Shown here piece after piece: positions 60,911-64,000 of a stretch of 64,000 bases of DNA. The position numbers and the translations under genes were made by a program. This DNA comes from Alphaproteobacteria bacterium (GTDB lineage Bacteria > Pseudomonadota > Alphaproteobacteria > UBA2966): the NCBI GenBank assembly GCA_964291395.2, contig OZ219856.1, positions 832,001 to 896,000 of the forward strand. The letters run 5' to 3'. Positions within the stretch are counted from its first letter, which is position 1. Each line of letters starts with the position of its first letter. The notes beneath the pieces were generated by a model, which worked only from the letters and a program-made list of their open reading frames with translations, ran no database searches and was not told the DNA's origin.

Positions 60911-62188
60911 ATGAATCTTACCGATGCCGACAAGCGGAAGCTCGATGGCGGCGAAGGGCCGGCCGTTCAGCATGCCATGGAGCACTTGCTCAAGATGGGC
61001 GAGGCCTTTGACGCCGAGGAGATGGTGGACCTTCACACGGTGCATGTGTTCTCGGACTACCGCACGGTCGGCGACGGCGGAGTCAACTTCTACGAGAATC
61101 TGGTCGATCTGGGTGGCCACATTTCGCTCCCGTCCTCATGTGAACCCATGTCCATGGATCGTAATCACAATGACCAGTTCGACTGGCCGGAAGGATACGA
61201 GGAAGGTCAGCAGAGGATTGTCGACGCCCTCGCGACGCTCGGCGTTCAGCCCACCTTCTCCTGCACTCACTACCTGAACGCCAACGTACCCAAATTCCAG
61301 TCGAACATGGCCTGGGTCGAGGGCAACGCAACGGGGTTCGCCAATACCGTGATCGGGGCCCGCGGCAACCGGGAGGACGCGGTTACCAGTCCGCTGGCCG
61401 GTATCGCCCGACGCATCCCCAAGTACGGCATGCTGGACCCCAAGAACCGGACCGGTGATTGCCTGGTTGAGATCGATCCGAACCTCATAGAGCGCATCGG
61501 CGGTGACGGGCGGCGCACGGCGGACTACGAGGCGCTCGGCGCTGTCATCGGCGACTTCGCGTACGACCGTATCCCGGTGGTGACGGGCCTGCCCGACTAC
61601 ATGCAGAACGAAGAACTGAAGGCCTTGGTGACCGCTTGTTCGCCGGCCATGACGACGACGTTGATGCTGCTCGTCGGCATCAGCCCGGAGGCGCGAACCC
61701 TTGAAGAGGCGTTTGGCGGCAAGGTACCGAAAGATGTAGACACCATTCAGGTCACCGAAGATGACCTGCGGGAAATGTATGGCCAGCTCGAGCAGACAAC
61801 CAAGGAGGATGTCGACATCGTCATCTCCGGCTGTCCCTTCAAGACCTTGCAGGAGGTCCAAGAGCTGACCGAGCAGCTTGGCGAGCAGAAGGTGGCGGAC
61901 GGCGTCAAGTTCTACATATTCACCGACCGCATCACCTTCAACATGGCGAAGGACATGGGACTGGTGGAGAGGATCGAGGCCGCCGGCGCCCTTCTCACCA
62001 CCGATACCTGTAGCTGGTGCATGCCTGTCGAGACCATGTTCGGCCCCGACAAGGTCATCGCCTCCGACAGCATGAAGATGCGACGCCTGCTGGCCGGCGA
62101 CGGCAAGCCGACGTGGCGCTACGGCACCCTCACCGACGTGGTGGATGCCGCCGTCACGGGTAAGTTCAAGCCGAGCCGTTGGAATTAG
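60911..62188 (+). CDS. aconitase X catalytic (large) subunit, copy 1
   Basis: LDGGEG, TFSCTHY, AWVEGNA...NTVIGARGN, GCP, DTC, DSMK. Confidence 0.85.
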   Translation: MNLTDADKRKLDGGEGPAVQHAMEHLLKMGEAFDAEEMVDLHTVHVFSDYRTVGDGGVNFYENLVDLGGHISLPSSCEPMSMDRNHNDQFDWPEGYEEGQQRIVDALATLGVQPTFSCTHYLNANVPKFQSNMAWVEGNATGFANTVIGARGNREDAVTSPLAGIARRIPKYGMLDPKNRTGDCLVEIDPNLIERIGGDGRRTADYEALGAVIGDFAYDRIPVVTGLPDYMQNEELKALVTACSPAMTTTLMLLVGISPEARTLEEAFGGKVPKDVDTIQVTEDDLREMYGQLEQTTKEDVDIVISGCPFKTLQEVQELTEQLGEQKVADGVKFYIFTDRITFNMAKDMGLVERIEAAGALLTTDTCSWCMPVETMFGPDKVIASDSMKMRRLLAGDGKPTWRYGTLTDVVDAAVTGKFKPSRWN

Positions 62189-62228
62189 CCCTGGCACGAT
62201 CAAGCCCGGGGAACCGAGGAACTGAATT

Positions 62229-62657
62229 ATGAGTGAAACGATCACCCTGCACGGACATCCCGTCAGCAGGGGCGTCGGCGAGGGCGAAGCCCTGGTCTGC
62301 GATAAGCCGTTGAGCTTTATCGCCGTCGGCATCAGCAACGAGGAAGGAATCGTGCGTATCGATAAGCACCCTCTGAACGGCCAGTCGATCGCCGGCAAGG
62401 TGCTGATTTACGACACCGACATCTTTTCGACCGGTGGTGCCCTCAGCATGTACACCAAGAAGACGATCTACAAGACGGCACCCGCCGCCGTTATCTGGCG
62501 CAAAGCCCATAACATCGGGGCCGGCGGCACCATCTACGCCGGTGTCCCCTCGATGGACCAGATCGAGGAAGGGTTGCCCTGGGATTTGATCAGCACTGGT
62601 GACTGGGTGAAGGTCGACTCCGAACAGGGCATCGTCGAAGTGACGAAGAAGTCCTAG
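62229..62657 (+). CDS. aconitase X swivel (small, DUF126) subunit
   Basis: GVGEGEALV, HPLNGQSIAGKVL, APAA, TGDWVKVD. Confidence 0.88.
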   Translation: MSETITLHGHPVSRGVGEGEALVCDKPLSFIAVGISNEEGIVRIDKHPLNGQSIAGKVLIYDTDIFSTGGALSMYTKKTIYKTAPAAVIWRKAHNIGAGGTIYAGVPSMDQIEEGLPWDLISTGDWVKVDSEQGIVEVTKKS

Positions 62658-62704
62658 GACCGATCTTCCGGGTTCGGTTGCGGTCGGTACGAGGAGGCGA
62701 GTTC

Positions 62705-63982
62705 GTGCGGCTCAGCGATGCCGACAAACGCAAGCTCGACGGCGAGGAAGGACCGGCGGTCCGGCACGCCATGGAGCATCTCGTGAAGATGGGCGAGGCG
62801 TTCGAGGCCGAGGAGATGGTGGACTTGCATTCCTGCCATCTGCTCTCGGACTACCGCACCATGGGCGAGGGCGGGCTCGAGTTCTACGAGCAACTCGTCG
62901 AGTGGGGCGGCATCATGCGCGTGCCGACGACTTGCGATCCGATGTCCATGGACATGAAGAACATGGATAAGTTCGACTGGCCGGAGGGGTACCCGGAGAA
63001 ACAGACGCGCATCTCGGACGCCTTCCGCGACCTCGGTGTGGCACTTACCTTCTCGTGCACGCCGCACCTCGGCCATAACGTACCCAAGTTCGGCGAGAAC
63101 CTGGCCTGGGTCGAGGGAAATGCGACGGGTTACGCCAATTCGGTGCTGGGAGCCCGCGGCAACCGGGAAGACAGCATTACGGCGCCGCTCGCCGGCATCG
63201 CCGGGCGTACGCCCAAGTTCGGTCTGCTGGATCCGGAGAACCGCGTCGGCGAATGCCTGGTCGAGATCGATCCGAACCTCATGGAGCGGTTGGGCGGCGA
63301 CGGCCGCCGGGCCGGCGATTTTTCGGCACTGGGAATGATCATCGGCGATTTCGCCTATGACCGCGTTCCGGTGGTCACGGGCCTCCGTCCGAACCTGGAG
63401 ACCGAAGAGCTCAAGGCCATGTGCTCCGCGTGCTCGCCGGCCCTGATCGGGACACTGATGTTCCTGGTCGGCATCAGCCCGGAAGCGAACACCGTCGAAG
63501 AGGCGTTCGGAGGCAAGGTGCCGAAGGACGTCGATCGGCTGCGGGTCGACGCCGACACCATGCGCCAGGCCTACGAACAGCTCTCCAACACCACCAAGGA
63601 AGACGTCGATGTCGTCATGTCGGGTTGCCCCTTCAAGACCATCTACGAGATCCAGGAAGTGGTGGAGCAGCTCGGCGACGACAAGGTCAAGGAAGGCGTG
63701 AAGTTCATCATCCACACGGACCGGGTCACCTACGTCCTGGCCGAGCACATGGGCCTGGTGGACAGGATCGTCGATGCCGGCGCGCTGCTGACCACCGACA
63801 CCTGCGAATACTGCATGCCGATCGAGAACATGTACGGTCCCGATACGGTCATCGCCGCCGACAGCATGAAGATGCGCCGCCTCGTCGCCGGGGAAGGCAA
63901 GCCGACGTGGCGCTACGGGACGCTGACGGACTGCGTCAACGCCGCGATCACCGGCAAGTTCCGCCCCACCCGTTGGAACTGA
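62705..63982 (+). CDS. aconitase X catalytic (large) subunit, copy 2
   Basis: Colinear paralogue of 60911..62188. GAGGAGG RBS before the GTG start. Confidence 0.85.
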   Translation: MRLSDADKRKLDGEEGPAVRHAMEHLVKMGEAFEAEEMVDLHSCHLLSDYRTMGEGGLEFYEQLVEWGGIMRVPTTCDPMSMDMKNMDKFDWPEGYPEKQTRISDAFRDLGVALTFSCTPHLGHNVPKFGENLAWVEGNATGYANSVLGARGNREDSITAPLAGIAGRTPKFGLLDPENRVGECLVEIDPNLMERLGGDGRRAGDFSALGMIIGDFAYDRVPVVTGLRPNLETEELKAMCSACSPALIGTLMFLVGISPEANTVEEAFGGKVPKDVDRLRVDADTMRQAYEQLSNTTKEDVDVVMSGCPFKTIYEIQEVVEQLGDDKVKEGVKFIIHTDRVTYVLAEHMGLVDRIVDAGALLTTDTCEYCMPIENMYGPDTVIAADSMKMRRLVAGEGKPTWRYGTLTDCVNAAITGKFRPTRWN

Positions 63983-64000
63983 CGGGCGTTGGGTTTTCGC

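Noticed and set aside
60911-63982. Aconitase X duplication as an assembly artefact
   Set aside because: The copies differ at many amino-acid and synonymous positions throughout, so they are true paralogues.

Overview
High-GC (roughly 65%) proteobacterial-type chromosomal window, probably from a metagenome assembly. It is mostly catabolic genes: amidohydrolases, a TRAP transporter, an acyl-CoA/beta-oxidation operon, dihydropyrimidinase, copA, a CoA-transferase/HMG-CoA lyase pair, hydantoinase A/B and aconitase X. A decayed accessory/defence island spans about 4.3-18.1 kb. It holds an integrase remnant, a Sel1-repeat protein, an RloA-RloB-TIR operon, a truncated Abi-like gene with a divergent hairpin RNA, a Zur-box cassette between 72-bp direct repeats, and HU and SIR2-like remnants. 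The most unusual locus is about 46.2-60.8 kb. A Rad52/Rad22-like domain and a shared N-terminal amphipathic peptide occur both in a stand-alone small protein and fused to the N-terminus of hydantoinase B. Hydantoinase B is directly followed by a 938-aa SPFH/flotillin with a duplicated coiled-coil module. This is a candidate undescribed scaffolded or caged enzyme system. No rRNA, tRNA or CRISPR array was seen. All product calls come from motif recognition by eye; no database searches were run.
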